A stretch of 64,000 nt of DNA from Paraspadella gotoi (Eukaryota; Animalia; Chaetognatha). Each line of letters opens with the position of its first letter. The stretch's first letter is position 1. The notes beneath the pieces are model-generated. The model did no database searches, was not told the origin of the DNA, and was given only the letters and a program-made list of their open reading frames with translations. Shown here piece after piece: positions 29,579 through 41,701 of this stretch. A program made the position numbers and the translations under genes. The DNA is taken from assembly GCA_051294375.1 (NCBI GenBank), contig CM119264.1, positions 5,321,962 to 5,385,961 on the forward strand. The letters run 5' to 3'.

Positions 29579-32206
29579 TCAAAGTTCGTCGCGAAAAGGA
29601 AAGAATTCGTCTTTGGCGTCGCGTGGGACGACTTCGCCGTTGGACAAGGTCACCAGGGGAAGGATTTTGCGGATCCCCTGTCGGCGATGACGACCGAGGG
29701 ATGAGTGAATAATGACAACCAAAATAGAGGCTTTTATTGACTGACCTGATTAAGACCGTCGATTTTTTTAACTTCTTCATCGGATAGAGAAAAATCGAAG
29801 ATCTTAAAATAGTAAAGGAGTCGTGAGAAATGAGTTATGAGAATAAGCGTTGAGTAACGAGGCATGATATTAAAATTAATTAAATTAATTAATTATTTCA
29901 AAATTCACAACTATTACCTCATAAGCAAGGGAGAACGCCGAACCAACTCGACAAAAACATTAACTAACCTGCAAGTTTTCCTCTAGCTCTCGAGCAATGA
30001 TGCTTTTCGGAATCGCGCCGACCCGATTTTGTACTTTCCACCTGAGAACAACCTGAGAAAAGATGGCGCACAACTGAGTCTACGTGATTCGGTACTGGGT
30101 TCGATAGGAGAGCAAGATTTGATCTTGGAATTTAATTAACATTGAGAACTTAATAGTAACATTCACAGCATTTAGTGCTTGGAAGTTCGTTATAACAAGC
30201 GTGAATGTTAAATGATTTTAAAAAAGAAAAGTATTTTGTTAAGATCTTGACTGACAACAGACGCTGTTTCATCATAACTTTTACCCCGAGACGTAATCAA
30301 AATACACTTTCTATTTTAATCTCCTTCCCGCTTTAATCTGATGTCTCCCTGAAAGCCCCCTATCAGTCTCCTCTCACGCCTCGAAACCCCTTCTCCACCT
30401 GCGCCGTGGTCTTCCCGTGCTCGTCCGCGATGCCCCTCAGCACGGGATCGACGAGGATGTGGGGAAGATCCCGTCGACCCCACGGGAGATCGGGGGATCC
30501 GAAGGAGGAGAAACCGACGACTTGGATGTTGCGATCGGAGCAGAATTCTCGCAAGAGAGAGTTGGTGAAACGAGGATTGCATTCCACCTCGGAGAGGAAG
30601 GGGAAAAAAAAAGGTCATGATTGGGGTCGGATTACTTAATTAAAAAAGGTGAAATAAAAGGTCACCGAATGATCTCTAAAGGCCAAACTTTTGAGGTGTT
30701 AAGATCCAGGTTAAAAGCTAAAGAATATTTTTTTCATTATGAGAAGAAAATGAAATTGCAATGGATTTAAATATCGTTTCATGTTACTTGCAGAACCGAG
30801 GGCGCTATCTTGCAATCGCTAAGGATGTCGTCGATCTGTTGGGTGTTGAAGTTGCTGAGTCCGATGTCTCTCACCAGCCCCATCTCCACTAGCCTCTCCA
30901 TCGCTCGCCACGTGTCCTAGAAAAGGAATTAATTATGTTGGCTTCGCGAATAATTAGATTAAATCCGGCGGAAGAAACTCTCTCGCCTTGTAATGAGTTG
31001 ATCCGTATTTGACTGAGCCGTCGGCATTCTGTGGAACGTTGCCTAAAAAGGAAATGAAAAAAAAAGAAAAGAAAGAAAAAAAGAAAGAAAGAAAGAAAGA
31101 GAGAAAGAAAGAAAAGAAAGAAAGGAAAGAAGAAAGAAAGAAAAGAAAGAAAAAAGATAAAAAGAAAGAAGAAAAAGAAAAGAAAGAACGAAACGAACGA
31201 AGAACGAACGAACGAACCGAACGAACGATAGAACGAACGAACGAACTGTAATAACTTCGACGAATTGAACAAAAGATCCAGTGAGACTCGATTAGAATCT
31301 CTGAATCCTGTGAAGCGTTATTCACTTCATTCTCGTCGTTCACTCTTCTCCGTAAACAAAAGGCGTCGGCCAATGAAGTAATAGAGATCGAGATAATGCC
31401 AGCCGAGAAGCGACATCCTGTCGACGACACGCCTCCTCCACGCGGTGGGTTCGTGCTCGATGCCCACAGTTTTGGTGGCGACAAGAGATCGCCTCTGACG
31501 AAATGGCGAGGGAGAAGTGTGGACACATAAAAATAAACCTTTTTTAAATCGATATCAAATTAATATTTCTCTTTAAAACATTTATTTCCCTAATTTCCTT
31601 ATTTTTAAATTAAAAATTAACATTTCTTATTCAGACTACATTTCGTTTCAAAGTTCGGTCAATGACCTCGATGCCTAAAGTGCTCAATTACTTTTAACTA
31701 ATTTGTGCTAATTTAATCTAAATATTTAAAATAATCGACTTTGTTTAAAACATTTAAACAGAGAGAACGAAGCCGGGATACGTGTCTCACCGATCGACGA
31801 GTTTATTCGACTTTTCGCCCATCACTTCTTTCAAGGCTTCGCCGACCTCTGGAAAAAAAAAGTGTTATAAACTCATTTATTTTCTTTGTTTAATAAAGTT
31901 AAAAAAATATATATAATCTAGAGATTCTGTTATAATCATAGATTTTTCGTGAAATTTTCTATTAATAAGTATCATCTATGCATAGTATAGTTTTTGAGAG
32001 TCCAGTTTCCACAGGGGACTCCCCAACTGATCAATACAACCCGTACCCTTTTCGTTGAGATAAATGTGCGCGCAGTCAATGTGCCTAAACCCGAGTCGAA
32101 TGGCCGTCTCCACGCCCCCTTTCATTTCCCCCTTGGGTCCGTGATGCCACGTGCCCAAACCCAAGATGGGCATCTTGGCCCCCGAACGAAGCGGCAACGT
32201 TTCCAT
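29579..32206 (-). CDS. Aldo-keto reductase, family 1 (AKR1A1/aldehyde reductase-like); exons 32206-32047, 31848-31791, 31494-~31345, 31042-30987, 30916-30788, 30587-30399, 30052-29969, 29802-29746, 29677-29579
   Basis: [22 protein letters not shown], x[60 protein letters not shown] and an AKR1A1-like tail [12 protein letters not shown]; Asp/Tyr/Lys/His tetrad present; exon 3 has indels, probably sequence error. Confidence 0.93.
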
Positions 32207-32368
32207 TTTCGAAACTTCAGGAATTGTCGACGAAAATGATTTTAACAAAATTGGTAAATTTTCGCGCTGAGAGAAAAAAATTAAAAGTGAATTTATTGAA
32301 ATTTAAATCTTTCTTTTAAAAGGTAGTGAGAAAAAAACCCGTTTTCTTGTCTTTTTGATAACCAGTCT

Positions 32369-32518
32369 TTTTATCTTTTTATCGTTTTAACTGTCAAATT
32401 GTCTCTTTTATTTCAGAAAAAAAAAAGTCTATTAGTCGAAAGAATCACCTAAAGCAAAGAATTTTTTTTTCTGAAATAAAAGAGACAATTTGACAGTTAA
32501 AACGATAAAAAGATAAAA
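32369..32518. repeat. ~55-bp inverted repeat with ~35-bp spacer upstream of the AKR; also at ~40333-40480, ~49469-49611 and ~59907-60049
   Basis: ttttatctttttatcgttttaactgtcaaattgtctcttttatttcagaaaa and its reverse complement. Confidence 0.9.
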
Positions 32519-34082
32519 CGATTTGAAACAATATGACATTCAAACAATAAATGGGTATTGAGCAAGACTAATTGCACTGATGGCACTAAAAATAAAAAAT
32601 AAAGCGAAGAAGCTTCCCTATTAATTGATAGATTGTTAGAAATACTTAACGATCACTTTTTTTAAACGGTCGATTCGCGAGATAAAGGTTGTCGTGATTA
32701 GACAACGTTTGCCTTCGACCCTCAATGTTTACAAAAGATAACTAACTTCAAATAATATCGAACGATATTTGGTCGCCTCGACACAATTCTCATTATGAGC
32801 TTTTAAGTACCAAGAATGTAAATGTAAAAGATCCTTTAGTAAAACAAAGTGAAAACTTTCTTCTCATCTGGCTTCCAGCGACGTTTTGGCCGCGTGAGTT
32901 CGATCGCCAAAATGTGTAGACTACAATTTTCAGCATTAAAAGTTTAATTGGAAGGAAATGACGTTTAATTCCCAAAGAAATTTTAATCGGGTGAGGATCC
33001 GACGAGAAAAACTAATATTCAATTAAATATTGAAAAATCATAAACTTTAATCCTTTTCATTTTCTCCTTTAATTTAAATGTCCAGAAATCTTCCGTTGTT
33101 TGGATCCAAAGTTATTTTGGCACCGGAATTTTTTCTTTTTTTTGATACCGAACAAAATCTAATAAAAGATTAATTTATAATCGAACCGTTTAGTTAATGT
33201 AGGTATAATTGTTTTTTATACTCTACTTAAAAATTAACCGTGCTAAAGCTTTCAAAAGAAAATTAAAATATTTTAGGAAACCGATAAGCAGAATAAAAGT
33301 TACATTCTCGATGGTGTTAGCTAGATGTTAAAAAACAATAAGTATCCGCATGAAAACTATCATTTGGATTTGGTTCTGATTCTATCTGAAAAGCTATAAC
33401 TAGAGAAATTCTTTAAGTAAAATTAATATTATTTTTTAAGATTTTTTCAGATTCTAGACAGGACTCACTCCCCTTGCTCAAAACCTCTGGGCAGCCAGAA
33501 ATGTTCCACTTCCAGATTTCCATAATAAACTTTCACTAAAATCATTCAAAACTTCAAACAATTTAAATATATTCTTAATTCATCATTTCATCATAATTAA
33601 TTAATTAATTAATTTTATTCATTCATTGTTTCTCGTATCCTCCACTATACTTACATTCATTAATATTCAGGTGTTTCCCCAAATTATTTTTTAACATATC
33701 TATTAGTAAAGTACATGATAATCAAAGCTGTTAAAGATAGCATGGTTTCGACTCAAATTTCATGAGCGCTCCATAATCGATCGCGGACTCATGACAGAAA
33801 GAACCTCATCTTATTTTCTCTATTTCCTCGACGTCACCAACGTAAACTACATGACGAAAGGAACGAGTTTCTCTTGCCCTGTAGAACTTATTCACAAATG
33901 TTTGACATCTTTAAACTCTCAGCGACGGAGACTTTAATTCTTGTAATAGGTTTTTTTTTGTTTCGGGTTTGTAATTCGTCATTTTCTGCCTCAGAGACGT
34001 AACACCAATAAGGGCGGTTCTGTGTCCTCTCTCCCCGTATCATTGGACTTCGCTTCTTCATTTAATGATAATGGAAGCTTAT

Positions 34083-34744
34083 ATGGTGGACCTCAAAACT
34101 CCACACCAACGTTCATCAGCGCCTATTCTGTGCCGGAGGCAAGTCATTCGCCTCCCAACCCAAAGGTCCGGGGTCAGACCTGGTGGAGCCGATCCTAGCA
34201 GTTTAAGAGACGGGCGCTTAACCCGCCTTTAACATGTGTTACAGCCTGATCCGAAGCTCAGGGATGCTAGTATTGAACGGTTCTGTCATTTAACACTTAT
34301 CAATGAATAATGTCTCTCATTGGTGACCCGACTTCCAACACGAACAGCCAACAACACTTCAGGCGACATGCCCAACACCTGGCGATGCACTTTCCGCCAA
34401 CTCATCAGGCGACATGCCCTCAACTTGGTGACGCACTTCCCACCAACAACAACAATTCACTGAGAGAACGCAACAGACTTCTCCCTACAGGAGGGGGGGA
34501 TGATAATGGTGGACAAAAAATCCACCAAACCGTTCATCAGCGGCCATGGTGCCGGAGGCAAAGTCATTCGCCCTCCCACCCAAAGGTCGCGGGTTCGTAG
34601 CCCGTAGGTCGTTCTGGCAGTTAAGAGGGACGCGGGCGCTAACCCGCCGTAACATTGTGTTACAGCCTGATCCGTAAGCCAGGGACTGCTCTTAATATTG
34701 AACGTTCTGTCATTAACACTTATCAATAATTTACTGTCTCTCAC
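34083..34744 (+). mobile_element. Two diverged ~240-bp copies of a tRNA-derived structured repeat (SINE-like family 2); also at 43413-44074 and ~53849-54505
   Basis: gcggcca-tggtgccggaggcaag...aggtc-gcgggttc(t)agcccg-gtggtcgt has acceptor-like and T-arm-like pairing, followed by three hairpins. Confidence 0.6.
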
Positions 34745-34988
34745 TTTCATAATTTTGTTTTGCAGTCGAAGTAATTGAGAATTTCAGATAGACATTTGCC
34801 GTTTAGTATTCGCATCTTAGAATAAATTTTCTAGTTTCAAAATCGTTCAAGTAAACGTCACGAGATTAAAAACATAAACATGAACTATAATTTTGTCTCT
34901 AAACTTCATGTGTCAACAAAGCTTTGAACGCACAAGAATTAAAATATTTTAAAACAAAGGAATAATAAAGTTATTAACTAATCATCTA

Positions 34989-37942
34989 TCACTTTGTTTT
35001 CAGTCCAAAAGCAGAAAAAGGATCTGCGGTTTTCGTTTCAGACTTGCTCTTTGTCTTCGTCAAAATCAAATTTTGAAATTAATCGTGACGACATCATAGC
35101 ATGGGCGGCGAACCATGGCGTCGAACCCCAATCGTGGCTTTCGCTCGTTACGAAAGGTTTTCAAGCGCGAACAAAAAATTTTTCCTATGAGCGAAACGAA
35201 GGTCTTGAATCGAAATTATATTAGGATTGCTATTTACATACCCCAATAATAAATTAATTACAATAATTAATAAAACTAAATTAAATCGAAACCAATCTCT
35301 TAAATCTTTCTTCTCACCTCGTGCGTCGGTGATGTTTTTCCCCCGGTATGTAACTCGAAACGCCGGCGTTGCGTCGATCGGCGCTTTCGTCTTAAAAATC
35401 TTGTAGGTGGCTGGCCGACGTAACTGACGCCGTCGATCTTTGGGGACGCCACCTCGGCGTTTTCGGGGCGTCGTATTTCTTCACTTTACGAGACGCGGCG
35501 CGGAAGAAGCCGACCGACCCGCGCAACTCGTGGAGGCGGCGCCAGTGGAGGGCCCCCCGAAGCAAGAACAAAGCCGTTGTCTTGGCGAAGGAGTCGCGGA
35601 CTTCCTGTTTTGCGAATATTTTAATCAATAATCGAATCAAAATTACTTTACTTTTTTAAGTATTTTACTTACAATTATTTCTATCGTCTTATTCTTTAAA
35701 ATTGATATTAAACTGTTTTAAGATCAGCAGTAAAACTATCGTTGGTATTTCATTCCAATTTAGACGCCTTTTAAGAGCCGCGGATATGAATGACAGAATG
35801 AGATTGTGTAAAGTGAGTGTACATTTTAGAATGATAAAATATGTCTCAATACATGTAAGTCGCGGCATTGTCCTAGGTTCACCCCGCCTATAAGCATGAG
35901 ACCTTCAGTCCAGACCCCGTGGCTCATTGAGTAAGGCCATCAGCTCATGGACCACCAAGGACCGTGTTCAATCCCAACCTGGTACCTACCCTGCGGGAAG
36001 TATGTGAGGACGGCCCGTTAAGCCGCCTTTGGGGCAGTGGGCAACCCTCAAGCCTGGTTCCAACCCAGGACCCTTTTCCATAGCTACTAAAGGGGGTTAT
36101 AAAATACGGATAGTCCATCTTCACCCCCACTTAGCGCCCTGAACCCACATACATCTTTTAGTCTTCCGACTCCATTCTCCCCCCCCCCACTCACCCGATC
36201 GGCATAAACGTCGCAGAAGAAAAACTCTCCTCCGTCCTATCAAGACTCTTGAAAGGCCCTCGCCCAGAGCCTTCGCTTTGTCCTCCACAGGCTGATGACG
36301 CAATTGGAGATGACGACTCGATGGAAGGCGGAGGGCGATTGCCGGCCGAGTCGAGGGACTGCGAAGGGTGGAAGGGAAAACCATCGTTCGTTTCATTCAT
36401 TCATTCATTCTTTCATTCATTCATTCATTCATTATTCATTCATTCATTCATTTCATCATTCTTTCCGTTGTGTTCCATCCATAGACCTAACGACCCCCTC
36501 TGCGTTGCAAAGCTGAGACCGTCTAGGGTAACCGCGCCAGTGACCTGAATGCGTCTCTGAGAGGTCGGATGCCCCCCAAAAGCCAACAATGAGATGCCCA
36601 TCCAATGGCCATCACAGGCATCCCGACTTTGCCATACTTTATCTTTTTACTTTTCTTGGTTCTGTCTTCCAATTTTTTCTCTGTACTTTTTCTTCGCCTT
36701 TCAATATTCATTTATTTCTTCACATTTTTTTAGCAATTCTCTCTTCTGCCTCAACCACTCCGCTTACCACTCCGCCTATCTCCCTTCTCTCTCTCTTTCT
36801 CTCCCACTCTCCGACTCTGGACTATCTATCTCTCTCTCTCCGTCTTCTTCATTCTCTCGCGCGTCCAGCCACTCCCCTCATCCCTCACCACCCACCTCCA
36901 ACCGTCCTTCGACGAAAGCCACGTTCGGCCTCTCGAACCATAGACTTCCGCGTGCATAGTCCACGTGTTGACGAGCGACTTGAAGCTGTTGGGGTAGTCA
37001 TTTCGACAAGCCGGTGAACAGACAGAGCCGTCGGCGGCCGACGAGCTAGGATGAGGACGAAGACGTCCAGACCAGAGGCGCGCAGCCAGAGGTCCAACAC
37101 CGCCGGAAACAGACAAAGCGGCAGCTGATGGGAATATAGTTAAATTGAGATATGATTAAAAATCAAGAAACGTAAGTACCAAATGTGTTGCGACGAACAT
37201 AAGTAGACTTAGAACGTTATAATATCGTGTAAAGTGATTTCCCATTATTGATCATTAAAATAAATAATCACATGATAAATGAGATGACATAAACAAACTT
37301 TTTCTTGTCCATGTAATTTATGAACATAGCAACTGCAAAATAAAAATATCATATTTTTATTCTTTATTTAGATTTTAAGGGAATTACCTGAAGAAAGGCA
37401 GCGGAGCTAAAAAGTCCTTAGATTTTAAGAGATTGTTTTTAACTGTCATTAACAAGTAAATGAGCCAGAACTATGGAGCAATTATAAGCATTTTTACATA
37501 ATTAAGCGGAGACAGACCAATCATAGGAAACAGGAGAATGAACAGAGACGACGACAGCCAGGACAGACAAGAACCAAAGTGACTTATATAGAGAGTTGCT
37601 CGCGAGTACTCGCAGGAGCACATAAATAAAACCACTCAGGTTAACGGCCCTGCTCTTCCTAGATCCTACGTAAGACACCACTTATAGGCGGAAGACTTTC
37701 CTCGCCTGCAGAACCTTCTTAAAGATCTCACCTTCAACCCGCCTCCGGAAGAGCAGCGCCGCACGCAGACGTAGTACTGGCTTTGACATCCGGGTGGGAC
37801 AAGGCGCAGGGCTGGCGAGCCTTACTCGACGGAGCGCTGTTGGGCAACTTAAGACGCATGCGGTAAATCTCGAGGTCGGGAAGTCGAGGAGAGAGAATTT
37901 CCGTAGGAATTATCCTGCCCGAAGCCCTCGTGGGATGACAAT
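34989..37942 (-). CDS. AS3MT: Arsenite methyltransferase copy A (5 exons, many indels)
   Basis: Exons ~37942-37732, ~37124-36896, ~36359-36196, ~35605-35318, ~35185-34989; consensus across copies gives KFYG...ISACV...YYGCG, VDLGCGAGLD, GVDMT, DVVISNCVISL, RVLKDGGEFFFCDVY, CFGGALHW, PRLV, ATYKIFK, FLFDA, AAILMSSRF, DPF. Confidence 0.88.
35859..36153 (+). mobile_element. SINE-like family 1 copy in AS3MT intron 3; also at 45189-45483, ~55608-55902 and inverted at ~63600-63910
   Basis: A-box-like tggctcattgagtaa and B-box-like gtgttcaatcc; dispersed homologue at 11889. Confidence 0.7.
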
Positions 37943-38774
37943 CATCTTAAATAAGAAACTTACCTCTGGAGAAAAGTAAATTCTTTCGTTTCTCCTCTCT
38001 CTTTATTTTCCGTACTGTTTCTCCATTTCCATGTTTACTTATTATCATTATGTGACATTATTCCTTATAATAATTGTTCGTACATAAAATTCATTGGCAA
38101 AGCTATTTACGAACTAATGAAGTGTTTTATTTTCATAAATAAATCAAAATCTCTCTCCTCCTCTCTCTCTCTCTCTCCTCTCCTCTCATCTCTCCGTCTC
38201 TCGATCAGTCATCTCACTCCTGATCACTCATTGATCATCTCTATGTTTACTTTGGCTTCGACGAATGGGTGATTTTAACAAATACCAGGCGTAGAAATGA
38301 TAAAAATTATCTAGAAGCCATTTCGTTAAGGAAAACAAAAAAATCTGGAGACAACACGAACGATAAACTTATTTGTTCTTTAGCTCAAAACGAAGGTAAA
38401 CAAAATAACACCATAATAATTGGAGGTTACGTTTGTAGATTTTTAACCTCTTGATAAAAAATGGTAAATAGCCAAAATGGTTGCAAGCAAAATCAGCATC
38501 GTAGCTTTTCGCGAACGTAACGAATTTTATGACGTTCACCAAAAAAAAAATTCACGATTTCTAAAAACGATTTTTGTCTTGTGAAAATGTCTTGTGAAAA
38601 CTCGATCCCTTCCAAAAAATTTCGGTCAAACGCGACTTTTGCCTTTTTTTCTTTTTTTCACTTTTTCTTTTGTTGTTGTAATTCTTTCTCCCTTACGTTG
38701 TGTTATTAGATTTAATTAATTTCGTTTGAAATGTGAGACAAAATGGTGTGCAAAGAAAGGGGAGGAGAGAGAGG

Positions 38775-38806
<32 letters not shown>

Positions 38807-38807
38807 G

Positions 38808-38874
<67 letters not shown>

Positions 38875-38911
38875 GGAGAGGGCAAAGTTTTCAAAGCACA
38901 GAGTTGAGAAA

Positions 38912-39141
38912 ACTTTGAAAATAAAAGAAAAAGAATTTAGAAAAGTTTGAAATTGGTATGTATCTACAATGAATTTATTTTTCACATTGAAAAAACGGAC
39001 ATGTTTCGACTTTCAGTTTCAAGCCTTCATCAGCGTTAAGTACGATTTTGAAATGTGAGACAAATTTGTGCAAAAGAAGAGGGAGAGAGAGAAGAGAGAG
39101 AGAGCGAAGAGTAGAGAGAGAGAAGAAGAGCGTTTGCCCCC

Positions 39142-39175
<34 letters not shown>

Positions 39176-39335
39176 CCCCTCTTCTTTTGCACAAATTTTG
39201 TCTCACATTTCAAAACCCCGCTCATCAACCTAATTAACGCTGATGAAGGCTTGCCACTGAAAGCCGAAACATAAATTTGTCGTTGATACAAAATTTCAAA
39301 ATTTTATAAATTATTTTTCTTTTTATTCTCAAAAG
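38912..39335. repeat. Nested foldback element centred on GA/TC microsatellites; also at ~48075-48480 and ~58513-58918
   Basis: aagccttcatcagcgttaa/ttaacgctgatgaaggctt and ttgaaatgtgagacaaatttgtgcaaaagaagaggg/ccctcttcttttgcacaaattttgtctcacatttcaa. Confidence 0.85.
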
Positions 39336-40649
39336 CTGAGGAGAATAAATGGAATACTGGTGGCGAATCCTAAATTCGCCTCGAGCTTGTGAAAAGTATT
39401 GCAAGCAAGTTCACAACCGTGAGTTCTGGTTCATCCCCTCACGGTCACGCTGGTTAAAGTGTGATGGTGTTGGCATAAACACGCCAGTGGACATGGGGTG
39501 GTCACTGCGAAGGTCCAAAGCCCTGAGCGCCAGATGTCAGGACATGCCTCACAAACCCAGGCATCACACATGTCCCTCCGTTGCCATAAATACTTTCTTA
39601 TAGATATTTTATTTATAACTTACAAAAAAAACTTTTTTTAAATAACTTATTAAAATAAACTTATTTATTCTATTCAATAAAATAAAACTAAACTTGCCAC
39701 TTGACTTTGGACTTGTGAATCAGGACACCGCAAGTTTTCAAATCTAGACTCTCTCTACAATCTATTAGCTCCAAGGTAACTCAGTAATTCACGTCCCTAT
39801 CATTAAGAAATACTGAAAAATTATCCTCCAATAGTAAAATAGAACTAATTCTTGCCCTAAACTCTTACCGAATATTTTTATGTAATTATATGTAAATATT
39901 TCCCCTCCAGATTTACTAAAAAGAGTTTTACAAAAAAAAAACAAATATGTTTTCAAAATGAAATTGAAAAAAGTAGGAAGCCAGATGAGAAAAAGTTTTC
40001 ACTTTGTTTTACAAGGATCTTTTACATTTACATTCTTGGTACTTAAAAGCTCATAATGAGAATTGTGTCGAGGCGACCAAATATCGTTCGATATTATTTG
40101 AAGTTAGTTATCTTTTGTAAACATTGAGGGTCGAAGGCAAACGTTGTCTATCACGACAACCTTTATCTCGCGAATCGACCGTTTAAAAAAAGTGATCGTT
40201 AAGTATTTCATAACAATCTAATCAATTAATAGGGAAGCTTCTTCGCTTTATTTTTTATTTTTTAGTGCCATCAGTGCAATTAGTCTTGCTCAATACCCAT
40301 TTATTGTTTGAATGTCATATTGTTTCAAATCGTTTTATCTTTTTATCGTTTTAACTGTCAAATTGTCTCTTTTATTTCAGAAAAAAAAATTCTTTGCTTT
40401 AGGTGATTCTTTCGACTAATAGACTTTTTTTTTTCTGAAATAAAAGAGACAATTTGACAGTTAAACGATAAAAGATAAAAAAATAGACTGGTTATCAAAA
40501 AGACAAGAAAACGGGTTTTTTTTTCTCACTACCTTTTAAAAGAAGATTTAAATTTCAATAAATTCACTTTTAATTTTTTTCTCTCAGCGCGAAAATTTTA
40601 CCAATTTTGTTAAAATCAATTTTCGTCGACAATTCCTGAAGTTTCGAAA

Positions 40650-41491
40650 ATGGAAACGTTGCCGCTTCGTTCGGGGCCAAGATGCCCATCTTGGGTTTGG
40701 GCACGTGGCATCACGGACCCAAGGGGGAAATGAAAGGGGCGTGGAGACGGCCATTCGACTCGGGTTTAGGCACATTGACTGCGCGCACATTTATCTCAAC
40801 GAAAGGGTACGGGTTGTATTGATAGTTGGGAGTCCCCTGTGGAAAACTGGACTCTCAAAAAACTATACTATGCATAGATGATACTTATTAATAGAAAATT
40901 TCACGAAAAATCTATGATTATAACAGAATCTCTAGATTATATATTTTTTTAAACTTTATTAAACAAAGAAAATAAATGAGTTTATAACACTTTTTTTTTC
41001 CAGAGGTCGGCGAAGCCTTGAAAGAAGTGATGGGCAAAAGTCGAATAAACTCGTCGATCGGTGAGACACGTATCCGGCTTCGTTCTCTCTGTTTAAAAGT
41101 TTTAAACAAAGTCGATTATTTTAAATATTTAGATTAAATTAGCACAAATTAGTTAAAAGTAATTGAGCACTTGTAGAGCATCGAGGTCAATTGACCGAAC
41201 TTTGAAACGAAATGTAGTCTGAATAAGAAATGTAATTTTTTTTTAAATTAGAAATAAATGTTTAAGACAGGAAATATTAATTTGATATCGATTTAAAAAG
41301 GTCTATATTTTATGTTCCACCTTCTCCCTCGCTATTCGTCAGAAGCGATCTCTTTGTCCCCACCAAACTGTGGGGCATCGAGCACGAACCCACCGCGTGG
41401 AGGAGGCGTGTCGTCGACAGATGTCGCTTCTCGCCTCGATTATCTCGATCTCATTACATTCATTGGCCGACGCCTTTTGTTTACGGAGAAG
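40650..41491 (+). pseudogene. Truncated AKR duplicate (upstream region and exons 1-3 only)
   Basis: 39976-41580 is the reverse complement of ~31260-32876; homology stops in intron 3. Confidence 0.85.
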
Positions 41492-41639
41492 GTGAACGAC
41501 CGAGAATGAAGTGAGATACGCTTCACAGGATTCAGAGATTCTAATCGTGTCTCACTGGATCTTTTGTTCATTCGTTGAAATCAAGTTACATTTTTGCTTT
41601 TTATTACTCTCTCTCTCTCCTCCCTCCTCTCTCTCTTCT

Positions 41640-41701
<62 letters not shown>

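Noticed and set aside
29579-29593. AKR C-terminal RDEL as an ER-retrieval signal
   Set aside because: No signal peptide; it aligns with the ordinary AKR1 tail
34529-34615. Functional tRNA gene
   Set aside because: Anticodon arm pairs poorly and there is no T-run terminator; treated as a tRNA-derived repeat
34989-37942. Calling frameshifted AS3MT copies pseudogenes, or a bacterial arsM transfer
   Set aside because: Indels differ between independent copies and match the window-wide error pattern; the gene has spliceosomal introns and an animal-type C-terminal domain
38745-38752. Metal-response element TGCACAC upstream of AS3MT(-)
   Set aside because: Single 7-mer inside a repeat motif; chance expectation is high
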